A stretch of 64,000 nucleotides of DNA. Origin: Polyangiales bacterium (GTDB lineage: Bacteria > Myxococcota_A > Polyangia > Polyangiales > Polyangiaceae). A program made the translations under genes and the position numbers. The stretch spans positions 1 to 64,000 of the forward strand of contig JBBRNJ010000002.1 of NCBI GenBank assembly GCA_038230375.1. The letters run 5' to 3'. This document shows positions 42,436 to 51,699 of the stretch, piece after piece; the stretch's first letter is position 1; the number at the start of each line of letters is the position of its first letter. The notes beneath the pieces are model-generated. The model ran no database searches. It was not told the DNA's origin and saw nothing but the letters and a program-made list of their open reading frames with translations.

Positions 42436-43241
42436 GCGGCGTCCTCCAGCTGGCGTACGGGCACGCCGCGTGATGCGAGGTACTTCTTGGCCGCGCCGAT
42501 CGTGTACGTGCGCTCGTGGAAGATGGACGCTGCCAGCACTGCGCTTGCGCCACCCATCACGAGACCGTCGTGGAGATGCGCGAGCTCGCCGACACCGCCG
42601 CTCGCGATGACGGGAATGTCCACGGCATCCGAGACCGCCCGCAAGAGCGCCAGATCGTAGCCAGCTTTCGTTCCGTCTCGGTCCATGCTCGTGAGCAAAA
42701 TCTCGCCGGCTCCCAGCCCCGCACAGAAAACCGCCCACGCGACGGCTTCTCGGCCCGCCTCTTTCCTACCACCATGGGAAAAAACATCCCAATCTCGTGC
42801 AGAACCTGGTCCCGAGACGCGCGCCCGGGCGTCGATCGCCACGACAATCGCCTGGGCGCCCCAGCGGTCAGAGGCCCGGCGCACCAGGTCCGGATCGGAC
42901 AAGGCCGCGGAGTTGATCGCCACCTTGTCGGCGCCGGCTGCGAGGAGGCGCTCGATGTCCGAAAGGGTGCGAACGCCGCCGCCCACAGTCAGCGGAGTGA
43001 ACGTCGTGTCGGCCGTGCGGGCGACCACGTCCAGCATGGCCGGCCGCCCCTCGTGGGTCGCCGTGATGTCCAGGAAGACGATCTCGTCCGCGCCCTCCGC
43101 GTCGTAGCGCGCAGCCGTTTCCGCGGGATCGCCCTGGTCCCGAAGTCCCTCGAACCGGACGCCCTTCACGACCCGCCCGTCGCGAACGTCGAGGCACGGG
43201 ATGACCCGACGCGAGAGGGACGAGGCGCTCATCGGCGTCAT
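42432..43241 (-). CDS. hisF: Imidazole glycerol phosphate synthase subunit HisF
   Basis: [51 protein letters not shown]. Confidence 0.97.
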   Translation of the reverse strand: MTPMSASSLSRRVIPCLDVRDGRVVKGVRFEGLRDQGDPAETAARYDAEGADEIVFLDITATHEGRPAMLDVVARTADTTFTPLTVGGGVRTLSDIERLLAAGADKVAINSAALSDPDLVRRASDRWGAQAIVVAIDARARVSGPGSARDWDVFSHGGRKEAGREAVAWAVFCAGLGAGEILLTSMDRDGTKAGYDLALLRAVSDAVDIPVIASGGVGELAHLHDGLVMGGASAVLAASIFHERTYTIGAAKKYLASRGVPVRQLEDAA

Positions 43242-43245
43242 GGTC

Positions 43246-44085
43246 CTACCTCGGGATGACGAACTGCACTCGGTTCTCGTAGCCGCCGAGAAGCTTGTCG
43301 ACCGAGGCCAGGTTGTTCTCGATCGCCTCGGTCACGATCTGCGTCATCGCCGCGCTCGAGCCCTTGAGCGCCTCGTAGTAGCGCTGGCGCTCCGTGGAGT
43401 GGACGATGGCAGGCGGCAGGCCGCTTCGAAGGAGCAGCAGGTTCAGGAACAGACGCGCGACGGTTCCGCTGTCCGCCTGGAACGGGAAGATGCGGAGCAG
43501 ATCGTAGTGCGCGCGCCCGGCGAGGCGGACGGCGCTGCGCGTCTTGCGTGTCTCGGGATCGTTGACCCAGTCGACGACCTGACGAACCTTGTGGGTGATC
43601 TTGTCCGGCGCTGCGTACTCGTGGAAGTACAAGCGATGCTGCGGGATGTCCTTGCGATACCTGACCGTCTTGATGTCACCCTCTTCCGGATGGAGGATGA
43701 GATAGAGCTTCTTGATCAGATCCACGGTGATCGGCTGGCGCTTCTTCAGCGCATAATCGCGGACGTAGTCGAGCGCCTCGCGACGGCGACGGATGTCCTC
43801 GATGATCGGCTGGAGGCTCGAGTCGGCGGGCGGCGGCGCGTTCGGATCGAGCGCAGAGCGCAGCTCCTGGAACGTGAAGACGGCGCCTTCCACCGCGCTG
43901 TCGTGATAAATCCACGACATGTCGAGGTTCATCCGATAGTCCGCGAGGAATGCGGGATCAGTCTTGAGTAGCCTCTCCTCGAGCTTTGCGGCGCGCTCCT
44001 CCATCGTGAGCTGCTTGGGCGGCGGCTCAGGGGGTGTAGCGGGCTTCTTCTTCGCGGGGGCTTTCGCTGCGGGTTTTGCGGCCAT
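43246..44085 (-). CDS. Fic/Doc family protein with a degenerate Fic motif
   Basis: IYHDSAVEG helix; [18 protein letters not shown] in place of HPFxDGNGRxxR; R.RYYEAL. Confidence 0.8.
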   Translation of the reverse strand: MAAKPAAKAPAKKKPATPPEPPPKQLTMEERAAKLEERLLKTDPAFLADYRMNLDMSWIYHDSAVEGAVFTFQELRSALDPNAPPPADSSLQPIIEDIRRRREALDYVRDYALKKRQPITVDLIKKLYLILHPEEGDIKTVRYRKDIPQHRLYFHEYAAPDKITHKVRQVVDWVNDPETRKTRSAVRLAGRAHYDLLRIFPFQADSGTVARLFLNLLLLRSGLPPAIVHSTERQRYYEALKGSSAAMTQIVTEAIENNLASVDKLLGGYENRVQFVIPR

Positions 44086-44212
44086 GTGCGCGCCTTCTGT
44101 GTCCTGTTGGTACTCAAATCGGTGGTCTTCCGTCAAGAAAAAGCGTCTAATTACTCGAAATACATACATATATTTGTGTGTAGATCACACGGGTGAACTG
44201 ACCCCCAAATAA

Positions 44213-44228
44213 CTGGACCGACGTTCAG
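44213..44228. promoter_or_regulatory. Putative LexA box 1
   Basis: CTGGAC-CGAC-GTTCAG, a near-perfect CTGAAC-N4-GTTCAG palindrome upstream of recN. Confidence 0.6.
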
Positions 44229-44243
44229 TATATGCTACGAATG

Positions 44244-44259
44244 CTGTATGCTTGTTCAG
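44244..44259. promoter_or_regulatory. Putative LexA box 2, overlapping the recN start codon
   Basis: CTGTAT-GCTT-GTTCAG, close to the M. xanthus consensus CTRHAMRYBYGTTCAGS as I recall it. Confidence 0.6.
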
Positions 44260-46041
44260 TTCACCGCACGCAATTTCGTCCTGATAGAGGAGCTCGTGCT
44301 CATTCTGGAGCCTGGCTTCAACGTCCTCACCGGTGAAACGGGCGCGGGGAAGTCGCTGGTGGTCGACGCGCTCGGTCTGGTGCTCGGCGCGCGGGCAAGC
44401 GGAGAGGTCGTGCGTGCGGGCGCGGAAGAGGCGGAGGTGCAGGCGCTCTTCGACATCGGAGGGAACGAGCGCGCACGCGCGGTGCTCGCGTCTTTCGGGC
44501 TCGGTGCGGATGCAGAGCAAGGCGAGCTCTTGCTCCGTCGCGTGGTCACGCCACAAGGGCGTAGCCGTGCGTTCATCAATGGTCGCCTCGCAACCGCAGG
44601 GCAACTCGCGGAGCTCGCGCGCACGCTGTGCGACGTGGCCTCTCAGCACGAGAGCGTGAGCCTCACGGACGCGGGCACGCACCTCGAGTACCTGGACGCG
44701 TTCGGCGGGCTGGGTGAAGAGTGCGTGTTGCTCGCGCGGGAGGTCCTTCGCACCACGGAGCTGGCCGGGCAGCTGGAGACGCTGCGTGGGCGTGGTCGTA
44801 CGAGGGCCGAGCGCGAGGAGCTGATCACCTGGGCGCTGCGCGAGATCGACGAGGTGAGCCCGTTGCCGGGAGAGGACACGGAGCTGCTCTCGGAGCGCGC
44901 GCGGCTTCGTCATGCGGCGCGCCTGGGAGACGTCGTGGGCGGCGCTGGCGCAGCCCTCTACGAGACGGAGGGCGCGGTGTGTGACGTTCTCGCGCGCGTG
45001 GAGAGCGAGCTCCGGTCGGCCGCAGAGCTGGATCCCTCGCTGCTGCCTCTGGCGGAGACCATCGGCTCCGCGCGTGCGGAGCTCGTGGACACGTCACGCA
45101 CGCTGCTCCACTACGCCGGCACCGTCGAGGTGAACCCCGCGCGCCTTGCAGACGTGGAGGAGCGGCTCTTCAAGCTGGAGAAGCTGTTCCGGAAGCATGG
45201 GACGTTCAGCTCGAGCGACCGGACCTCGGACCTTGCCTCGGACCATGCCTCGGACCATGCCTCGGACCTTGCCTCCGAGCTTGCCTCCGAGCTTGTAGGC
45301 GCGGAGGCGGTGCTTGCGAAGAAGGCCGCGCTCTGCGAGGAGCTGCGTGCGTTCGAGGCCTCGGACGCGGACGAGAAGAGCCTGGTCGCGGCCTTCGAGC
45401 AGGCGATGCGTGCGTCGTCGGAGCGCGCGCGCTCGCTGTCATCGAAGCGGCGGCGTGTGGGGGAGAAGCTGGGAAAAGCCATCGGTCGGGAGCTCGCGGA
45501 CCTTGGCATGGGCGGCGCGCGAATTCTCGTGGACGTCTCACCTTCGGCCTCCACGAAGGGGCTGATGGTGGACGGCGCGCATCTCTCACCGAAGGGAATG
45601 GATCGCGTGGAGTTCCTGATCGCGCCGAACAAGGGCGAGGAGCCACGGCCGCTTCGTCGCATCGCGAGCGGTGGTGAGCTGTCCCGTGCGCTGCTAGCGA
45701 TCAAGCGCGTGCTCGCGAAGAACGGGCCCGCGGGCCTCTACGTCTTCGACGAGGTCGACACCGGCACGAGCGGCGCCGTCGCAGAGGTCATCGGCCACAA
45801 GATGGCGGACGTGGCGAAGCACCATCAGGTGCTGTCGATCACGCACCTCGCGCAGATCGCCGCGCTCGCGGACGCCCAGTTCGTCGTCGGCAAGACGGTG
45901 CAAGGGGATCGTACGCATGTGTCGGTGCGGAAGCTCCGCACGGACGAGCGCGTCGGTGAGATCGCGCGCATGATCGGCGGCGTCACGGTCGGCGTCGCAG
46001 CCAAGAAGGCCGCGAAGGAGCTCCTGGCGGTCCGCGCGTAG
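44248..46041 (+). CDS. recN: DNA repair protein RecN
   Basis: TGETGAGKS, RSRAFING, ASGGELSR, FDEVDTG, ITHLAQIAA. Confidence 0.97.
   Translation: MLVQFTARNFVLIEELVLILEPGFNVLTGETGAGKSLVVDALGLVLGARASGEVVRAGAEEAEVQALFDIGGNERARAVLASFGLGADAEQGELLLRRVVTPQGRSRAFINGRLATAGQLAELARTLCDVASQHESVSLTDAGTHLEYLDAFGGLGEECVLLAREVLRTTELAGQLETLRGRGRTRAEREELITWALREIDEVSPLPGEDTELLSERARLRHAARLGDVVGGAGAALYETEGAVCDVLARVESELRSAAELDPSLLPLAETIGSARAELVDTSRTLLHYAGTVEVNPARLADVEERLFKLEKLFRKHGTFSSSDRTSDLASDHASDHASDLASELASELVGAEAVLAKKAALCEELRAFEASDADEKSLVAAFEQAMRASSERARSLSSKRRRVGEKLGKAIGRELADLGMGGARILVDVSPSASTKGLMVDGAHLSPKGMDRVEFLIAPNKGEEPRPLRRIASGGELSRALLAIKRVLAKNGPAGLYVFDEVDTGTSGAVAEVIGHKMADVAKHHQVLSITHLAQIAALADAQFVVGKTVQGDRTHVSVRKLRTDERVGEIARMIGGVTVGVAAKKAAKELLAVRA
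45226..45295 (+). repeat. In-frame 12-bp tandem repeat (about 6 units) in recN
   Basis: TCGGACC(T/A)TGCC and TCCGAGCTTGCC units encoding SDLA/SDHA/SELA. Confidence 0.9.
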
Positions 46042-46062
46042 CCGGTGAGACCAGCCCAGGCC

Positions 46063-46113
46063 GCTAGAAGAGGCTAGACGAGGCTAGACCAGGCTAGACC
46101 AGGCTAGACCAGG
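46063..46113. repeat. 10-bp tandem repeat AGGCTAGACC spanning the map stop codon
   Basis: About five units, directly visible. Confidence 0.9.
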
Positions 46114-46907
46114 ACAGCGGACGAGGCGACGTTCTCGCTTCCGCGGAGCGGCTGGGCGCGGCGCGTGAGGACCTCGTGGCCGGTCTTCGTCACCACGAGC
46201 GTGTGCTCGAACTGCGCGGAGAGGGAGCCGTCCACCGTGGTGACAGTCCAGTCGTCCTTCTCGTCGACCACGACCTCGAACCGGCCCAGGTTCACCATGG
46301 GCTCGATGGTGAAGACCATGCCCGCGCGCAGGCGCTCTCCGGTACCGCGCTTGCCGTAGTGCTTCACCTGCGGGTCCTCGTGGAACTTGCGGCCGATGCC
46401 GTGACCCACGAAGTCGCGCACCACGCTGCAGCCCTGCGCTTCCACGTACTCCTGGATGGCCGCGCCGATGTCGCCGAGCCTCGCGCCTTCCTTCACCTCG
46501 GCGATTCCGAGCTCGAGAGCCACGCGCGCAATCTCGGTGACCTTCTTCGCCTGCACGCTGGGCGTGCCGATGTAGAACGTGGCGGATGTGTCGCCATGGA
46601 ACCCGCCATAGAAGCTGGTCACGTCGACGTTGATGATGTCGCCATCGCGCAGCACCTGCGCGCCAGGGATGCCGTGGCACACGACGTCGTTCACGGACGT
46701 GCATACGCTCTTCGGGAAGCCGCGGTAGTTGAGGGGGGCGGGACGCGCGCCACGACGGATGGTGTCCTCGTGGACGATCGCGTTGATGTCGTCGGTCGAC
46801 ATGCCCGCGCGGAGCTTCTCGCCGACGAGGACCAATGTCTCCGCCGCCATCACGCCGACGACACGCATCGCCTCTATTTCACGCGGGCTCTTGATCTCGA
46901 TCGCCAC
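46104..46907 (-). CDS. map: Methionine aminopeptidase type I
   Basis: CTSVN..VCHGIP, DVT, GDTS, GHGIG..FHEDP, TIEPM, AQFEHT; GTG start with AGGAGG. Confidence 0.97.
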   Translation of the reverse strand: MAIEIKSPREIEAMRVVGVMAAETLVLVGEKLRAGMSTDDINAIVHEDTIRRGARPAPLNYRGFPKSVCTSVNDVVCHGIPGAQVLRDGDIINVDVTSFYGGFHGDTSATFYIGTPSVQAKKVTEIARVALELGIAEVKEGARLGDIGAAIQEYVEAQGCSVVRDFVGHGIGRKFHEDPQVKHYGKRGTGERLRAGMVFTIEPMVNLGRFEVVVDEKDDWTVTTVDGSLSAQFEHTLVVTKTGHEVLTRRAQPLRGSENVASSAVLV

Positions 46908-46925
46908 GAACAAGCCTCCTTGAAA

Positions 46926-47516
46926 CTACTTGAGCTCTCGCAACACGATCGCATCCCCGACCGCGTCCTTCACGTCTTTGGAGGCCGGTGAGAAGTGCGC
47001 GTGGAAGTCCCGCTCCGAGGGGTCCGCGCCGGTGAACTGGCGCAGGAACACGATGAACTCGGTACCGACCATGCGGCCCTCCATCGTCTTCATGATGCCG
47101 TTCGTCTGCGTCGACTTGCGCATGCGGATATTGAACTGGTCGGTGCCGGGCGGGTGATCGCCGCCGATCCATTCGAGTTGCTTCACGCCGACCTCGTACC
47201 CGCCGTTCGCGCCTTCGTCGATCTTGTTGGTGACGGTCGTGATCTTCACGCGAAGGATCGCGTCGGAGACCTGCGCGCGCTCCCGCAGCGTGGGGTCCGA
47301 GCGGGGGTGAAAGCTGTTGTCCATGTCGAGCCCGACAGCGGCGGGATCGATCGCGTCGTCGAAGAGGTCGGTCATGCGACCCGCGTATGCGGCGAGCGGG
47401 CGCGACGGTGTCTTTGCACCTGCGCCATCGCCGCAGCCTGCGAGCGTGCCGGTCCCTGAGAGGCAGCACGCGCCAACCACGGCCAGGGTCATCCAGGTTC
47501 GAGCCACAAATCGCAT
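46926..47516 (-). CDS. Hypothetical lipoprotein
   Basis: Leader with LAGC lipobox; GC3 bias. Confidence 0.6.
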   Translation of the reverse strand: MRFVARTWMTLAVVGACCLSGTGTLAGCGDGAGAKTPSRPLAAYAGRMTDLFDDAIDPAAVGLDMDNSFHPRSDPTLRERAQVSDAILRVKITTVTNKIDEGANGGYEVGVKQLEWIGGDHPPGTDQFNIRMRKSTQTNGIMKTMEGRMVGTEFIVFLRQFTGADPSERDFHAHFSPASKDVKDAVGDAIVLRELK

Positions 47517-47734
47517 GAGCCCAAGCATCTACAACGATCTGGGACAGAGGTCCAAAGGGTTCGGCCAGGAGAAGGCAGTGTTCGAAGGGGCTGGGATGGG
47601 CGAACTTGCATGGTTCCATGGGTAAGCTCGTCCAACCCCCTGGGCCTCTGCTGCGCCCCTCCCAGATTGAAGCCCCCACAGGGGTGGCGCCCATGTGGGA
47701 CGAATGATACATCTCATGCAAGCGTGAAAAACCC

Positions 47735-48631
47735 ATGAAACGAGCCATCCACCGCATCGCGTACGTTCCCCTCGTCCTCGTCACCCTCTCCATGGGTGTT
47801 GCAAGCTTCGCGGCTGACCCGAAGAAGCCTGCGAAGGAGCAGAAGGACCAAGGCCCTCAGGCAGACGCCGCGCCCTTGGGTGGCTCGATGGGGGCCATGC
47901 GCGACGGCTTTCGCTGGGGCATGTCGCCGCAAGAGGTGATTGACGCCCACTCCAAGGGCACAAGCTCGATCCTCTGGAAGGACTACGACGAGCGCCTGCT
48001 CAAGATGCACCCGGGACCGGAGCAGACGCAGGTCGAGCACGAGCGCGATGCGCTCCTCGATGGTTTCCGCGCGCGCGCCCACACCAAGTTCGACCGCTCG
48101 GGTTCCGGCTGGGAGTCCTCCCCGATCCGCGGTGAGTATTCCGTCGGCAACCATGAGTCGCTGATCCTCGTGGAGCGGAAGGGGAAGAAGCGCTTCTTCT
48201 TCTTCATCAACGAGCGCCTCTGGAAGATCTACGACGAGGTCCCGCTCGTCGCGAATGGCCCGTGGGGCGCAACGTGGGCCGAGGCCTATCAGAAGGCCTT
48301 TGGTCTGATCGGCGGCGTTCCCGGGCGCGCCATGGCAGCGGAGCCCTTGAAGGGGCGTCCGTATCAGGCGATCGACTGGAAGGACGGCGAGAGTCGTGCG
48401 AACTATCTGCGCCTGATCGATCGGAGCTCGGAGAAGTTCGTCGGCGTTGTCATCACGGACTTCGAGACGGAGCGAAACCTGGCGCAGCTTCGCTCGCACA
48501 GGGAAGTCGATCCGATGGATCTCGATCCCGGTGTCGCCGCGGTCACCGGTGCTGGAGCCAACCGCACGGATCCGAACGGCGCCCGCACGTCGCCGAGCGC
48601 GAGCGCAAGCAGCAGCGCGCGCCGTCGCTGA
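47735..48631 (+). CDS. Secreted hypothetical protein
   Basis: Signal peptide ending SFA-A; GFRWGMS; FFFINERLWK. Confidence 0.65.
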   Translation: MKRAIHRIAYVPLVLVTLSMGVASFAADPKKPAKEQKDQGPQADAAPLGGSMGAMRDGFRWGMSPQEVIDAHSKGTSSILWKDYDERLLKMHPGPEQTQVEHERDALLDGFRARAHTKFDRSGSGWESSPIRGEYSVGNHESLILVERKGKKRFFFFINERLWKIYDEVPLVANGPWGATWAEAYQKAFGLIGGVPGRAMAAEPLKGRPYQAIDWKDGESRANYLRLIDRSSEKFVGVVITDFETERNLAQLRSHREVDPMDLDPGVAAVTGAGANRTDPNGARTSPSASASSSARRR

Positions 48632-48652
48632 CGGCTGACGCCTCACCGGCCT

Positions 48653-48922
48653 CTACTCGATCTTCTCTGCGCCCTTCGGGACACGCCAACCTGTCGTCAC
48701 CTTCACGCTGGCCTTCGGCAGCAGGGCGGCGACGACGGGGTTGATCAGCGCTTTTTGCGTCATCGCCGCGCCGGGGCAGCCCGCGCAGGTACCCGAGAGG
48801 TGCACGTGCACGTCATCGGACGTGATGGCAACGAGGAACACCTCACCACCGTCGGCCTTGACCAACGGGGCGACAAGCTCCGCCACGCTCTTCTTCACCT
48901 TTTCGCGGGTTGCGTCATCCAC
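48653..48922 (-). CDS. NifU/NfuA C-terminal domain protein
   Basis: V.PL..ADGGEV and LSGTCAGCP motifs; start approximate. Confidence 0.85.
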   Translation of the reverse strand: MDDATREKVKKSVAELVAPLVKADGGEVFLVAITSDDVHVHLSGTCAGCPGAAMTQKALINPVVAALLPKASVKVTTGWRVPKGAEKIE

Positions 48923-49108
48923 TGGACCCCCGAGGTTACCAGAAGTTTCGCCAGCCGCAGCCGTCATAAATGGTGGGAGGCCCTCCAGGCGGTGAGGCGT
49001 CCACGCGCCGACGCAAGCGCGACCCGAAATTCGCAAAATTCGGGCAGGAAGAATCGTTCCGGGCGTCTATACTGATTCGTGGCCGGGGGGTCGCAACCGG
49101 AGGCGAGG

Positions 49109-50035
49109 GTGGCGCGGTATCGTCTGAGGTTCCTCCTTCAAGAGTTTGATATTCCGCGCGGCGAGACTTTGCTCGGCCGTAGCGCGGAGTGTCACGTCAC
49201 GATCGAAGACCCGCTCGTCTCCCGCACGCACGCCCGCATCAACCTGGACGGCGAAGAAGCCACCATCAGCGACCTCGACAGCCGCAACGGCGTGAAGGTC
49301 AACGGCGCGCCCATCAAGGGCGAGGTCATCACGCTGAAGGATGGGGACCGCATCCGCATCGGCACCCAGGAGCTGGTATTTTGCCGCGTGGAGATGGTGA
49401 GCGCGCGAGCGCGGACCACGGGCTTCCTGAAGCACTGCGGAAAATGCCACCTTCCGTACGCTCAAGAGGCGGGGTCCTGCCCGAACTGCGGCGGCACCGA
49501 GCAGGTCGATGAGGACACGCTGAGCGGTCGCTTCGGCAGCGGAGGTCAGGGGGCCTGGAGCGTTCAGCTCCTGATCGAGGTCGTCGAGCGCGCGCTCGGG
49601 GGCGATCGAATCGACGAGGCCGAACGCATGCTCCGACGGACCATGGCGCTCATCGAGGAGCGCGCCGCCATGCGCGAAGGAATCGACCCCCGGCAGCTGG
49701 CGACTGTGAGCGAGGCCGCCCTGACCATCGGGGACAAGAAGGCCACGCGCGAGCTCGCCGCCTGGGTGCTGACCATCCATCGTGCGCTCGTGGCGCTCCC
49801 CGGCCCCAGCACACTGGCGGGTATCGGACGCGCGATGGCGACCCACCCGGACCTGGTCGCCGAGCTGGACGGCCTCGCCACCGCCCTGGCTTCTCCAGAA
49901 AAGACGTTCTCGGAGGATGACGCCAAGGTCCTTGCCTCGATAGAGGGGCTCCGGGCCGCCGCTGGCTCCGGCGCCAGCGTCCCCAGCGGTGCTGGTGCGG
50001 GCTCTGAAGGCAAGACGCCCACGGCTCTGTCCTGA
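49109..50035 (+). CDS. FHA domain protein with a Zn-ribbon
   Basis: LGRS..C, VSRTHA, DLDSRNG..VNG, DRIRIG; CGKC...CPNC. Confidence 0.88.
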   Translation: MARYRLRFLLQEFDIPRGETLLGRSAECHVTIEDPLVSRTHARINLDGEEATISDLDSRNGVKVNGAPIKGEVITLKDGDRIRIGTQELVFCRVEMVSARARTTGFLKHCGKCHLPYAQEAGSCPNCGGTEQVDEDTLSGRFGSGGQGAWSVQLLIEVVERALGGDRIDEAERMLRRTMALIEERAAMREGIDPRQLATVSEAALTIGDKKATRELAAWVLTIHRALVALPGPSTLAGIGRAMATHPDLVAELDGLATALASPEKTFSEDDAKVLASIEGLRAAAGSGASVPSGAGAGSEGKTPTALS

Positions 50036-50091
50036 CGCCTGTCCTGACGCCTGTCCTGAGCCTCCTCTGAGCCTCCGCTGAGCGTAGCTGA
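50027..50091. repeat. Tandem duplication of a stop-codon region (CTGTCCTGACGC x3, then degenerate units ending CTGA)
   Basis: Directly visible. Confidence 0.85.
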
Positions 50092-50277
50092 TCGTCAGCT
50101 GATATCGCCGCGCGCGCGCGGGGTTGCACCCATACTTGCCGATTGTGCTTGGAGAGTTGTATTCCTCTAGGAGCGCGCAAGCGCGTATGTGTCGTGTGCG
50201 AACTTGCCCATGACCCAGGCCAGGCCCTCCCATGTCGTGCTCCAGACCCCCCCCGAGCTCGGTGAGCAATTAGCGAG

Positions 50278-51135
50278 ATGCGGTTTCGGCTTCGGTACCT
50301 TCAGCACGATCTGGAGCTCGGCGAGGGCGAGTTCGCGATCGGTCGGAGCGCGAGCTGCCAGCTCTCGCTCGATGACCCGCTGGTATCGCGCCGGCACGCG
50401 GTGATGATGGTCGGGAACGACGGGGTCACGGTCGAGGACCTCGAGAGCCGCAATGGCGTGGTGGTCAACGGTATGCGCATCGAAGGGCGCGTGCACCTGA
50501 ATGTCGGCGACAAGGTCATGATCGGCTCGCAGGAGCTGACGCTCCTTGGCTCCCGTGAGGCCCGCGGTGGCGCTGGCACCGGCGGACAGATCGCGCCGCC
50601 CGTCGGCTACGGCAAGATGACGATGCCGAAGATGAAGATCAACACGCCGAGCTCGGCGTTTGCGTCTTCACCGCTCGATTCCGAGCCCGAGCCGAGCATG
50701 GTTCGCCGCGCGGACCAGTTCAAGCTGCTTGGCGGTGTGGCCGAAAAAGCGCTCGCGCTCGGTCGCGCGGGAGAGGCAGAGCGATTGCTCGCGTCGGCGC
50801 TCGCGGACGTCATCGAGTCCACGCGCGCAGGCAAGATGCTGCCGCCCACGCTCGTGGATCAGGCCGCGAAGTTCTCCGCGAAGCTCGCCACGGCAACGGG
50901 CAAGGGCGGCTGGGCGGACTACGTGATCGAGCTGTACGACGCGCAGAAGCGGCCGCCGCCCGCTGCGGTCATCGACGAGATGTATTCCGCGATGGGGAAG
51001 GTCGCGTCGGTGGACGTTCCCCGCCTTCGGGCGTACGTCGAGATGCTGCGGGAGTTCCTGACGAGCTACGGCCCGGCGGACCGGTTCTTGTTTCAGCGGC
51101 TGGAGGGACTGTTGCGCCTCGCGGCGTTGAAGTAG
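50278..51135 (+). CDS. FHA domain protein, paralog of the upstream gene
   Basis: RFRLRYL, IGRS..C, VSRRHA, DLESRNG..VNG. Confidence 0.88.
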   Translation: MRFRLRYLQHDLELGEGEFAIGRSASCQLSLDDPLVSRRHAVMMVGNDGVTVEDLESRNGVVVNGMRIEGRVHLNVGDKVMIGSQELTLLGSREARGGAGTGGQIAPPVGYGKMTMPKMKINTPSSAFASSPLDSEPEPSMVRRADQFKLLGGVAEKALALGRAGEAERLLASALADVIESTRAGKMLPPTLVDQAAKFSAKLATATGKGGWADYVIELYDAQKRPPPAAVIDEMYSAMGKVASVDVPRLRAYVEMLREFLTSYGPADRFLFQRLEGLLRLAALK

Positions 51136-51619
51136 CCACGTTCTCGCTCGCCTTCTGCCAGGCCAGGTTCATCTCGGCGGAGTCGCGGAGCAGCGCCGCG
51201 AGCTCTTGATCCTCGACCTGCTCGATCTCGTGCGTCAGCTTCTCGCCCAGCGCGACCTTGGAGGGCACCTTCTTCGAGCGCCGACGCTCGAGCGGCCTTC
51301 CGGGCGGCTCCACGTGTCCCGGGCGAACGACGATCTTCTGGACGTCGTAGCCGGCGGTCTGGAGGCGCTCGAGGATGGTGGCGGACAGGAGCGTGAGCTC
51401 GTGCGCCCACGTGCTGGTCGCGGCGATGATGGTCAGGGTCTGAAACTCGATCTTCTGGGGGACGGTGCGCTCGGCGATGCGCGCGCCCACCAGCGCTCGC
51501 CATGCCAGGGGCGAGATCACCGGCCGAACGCGCGCGAAGCGGTGCTCGCCGGCACGCACGAAGACACGGTCGAGCGCCTCCGGCTCACGCAGCTGGGCCC
51601 GCGGGCGTCTACGGCTCAT
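50969..51619 (-). CDS. DUF721/DciA family protein
   Basis: W..LVG..IA..T.P, L.I...TS.WAHEL. Confidence 0.7.
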   Translation of the reverse strand: MSRRRPRAQLREPEALDRVFVRAGEHRFARVRPVISPLAWRALVGARIAERTVPQKIEFQTLTIIAATSTWAHELTLLSATILERLQTAGYDVQKIVVRPGHVEPPGRPLERRRSKKVPSKVALGEKLTHEIEQVEDQELAALLRDSAEMNLAWQKASENVATSTPRGATVPPAAETRTGPPGRSSSGTPAASRRTPEGGERPPTRPSPSRNTSRR

Positions 51620-51699
51620 GCGACAGTCTTACCGGCTACGTGGAAAATCGTCGCGGTTTTTGATAACGACTGCACCCACACGAAAGAGGCGTCATCAAG

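Noticed and set aside
44174..44190. CRP-like site TGTG...TCACA
   Set aside because: Spacing is one base short of TGTGA-N6-TCACA; kept only as an unassigned inverted repeat.
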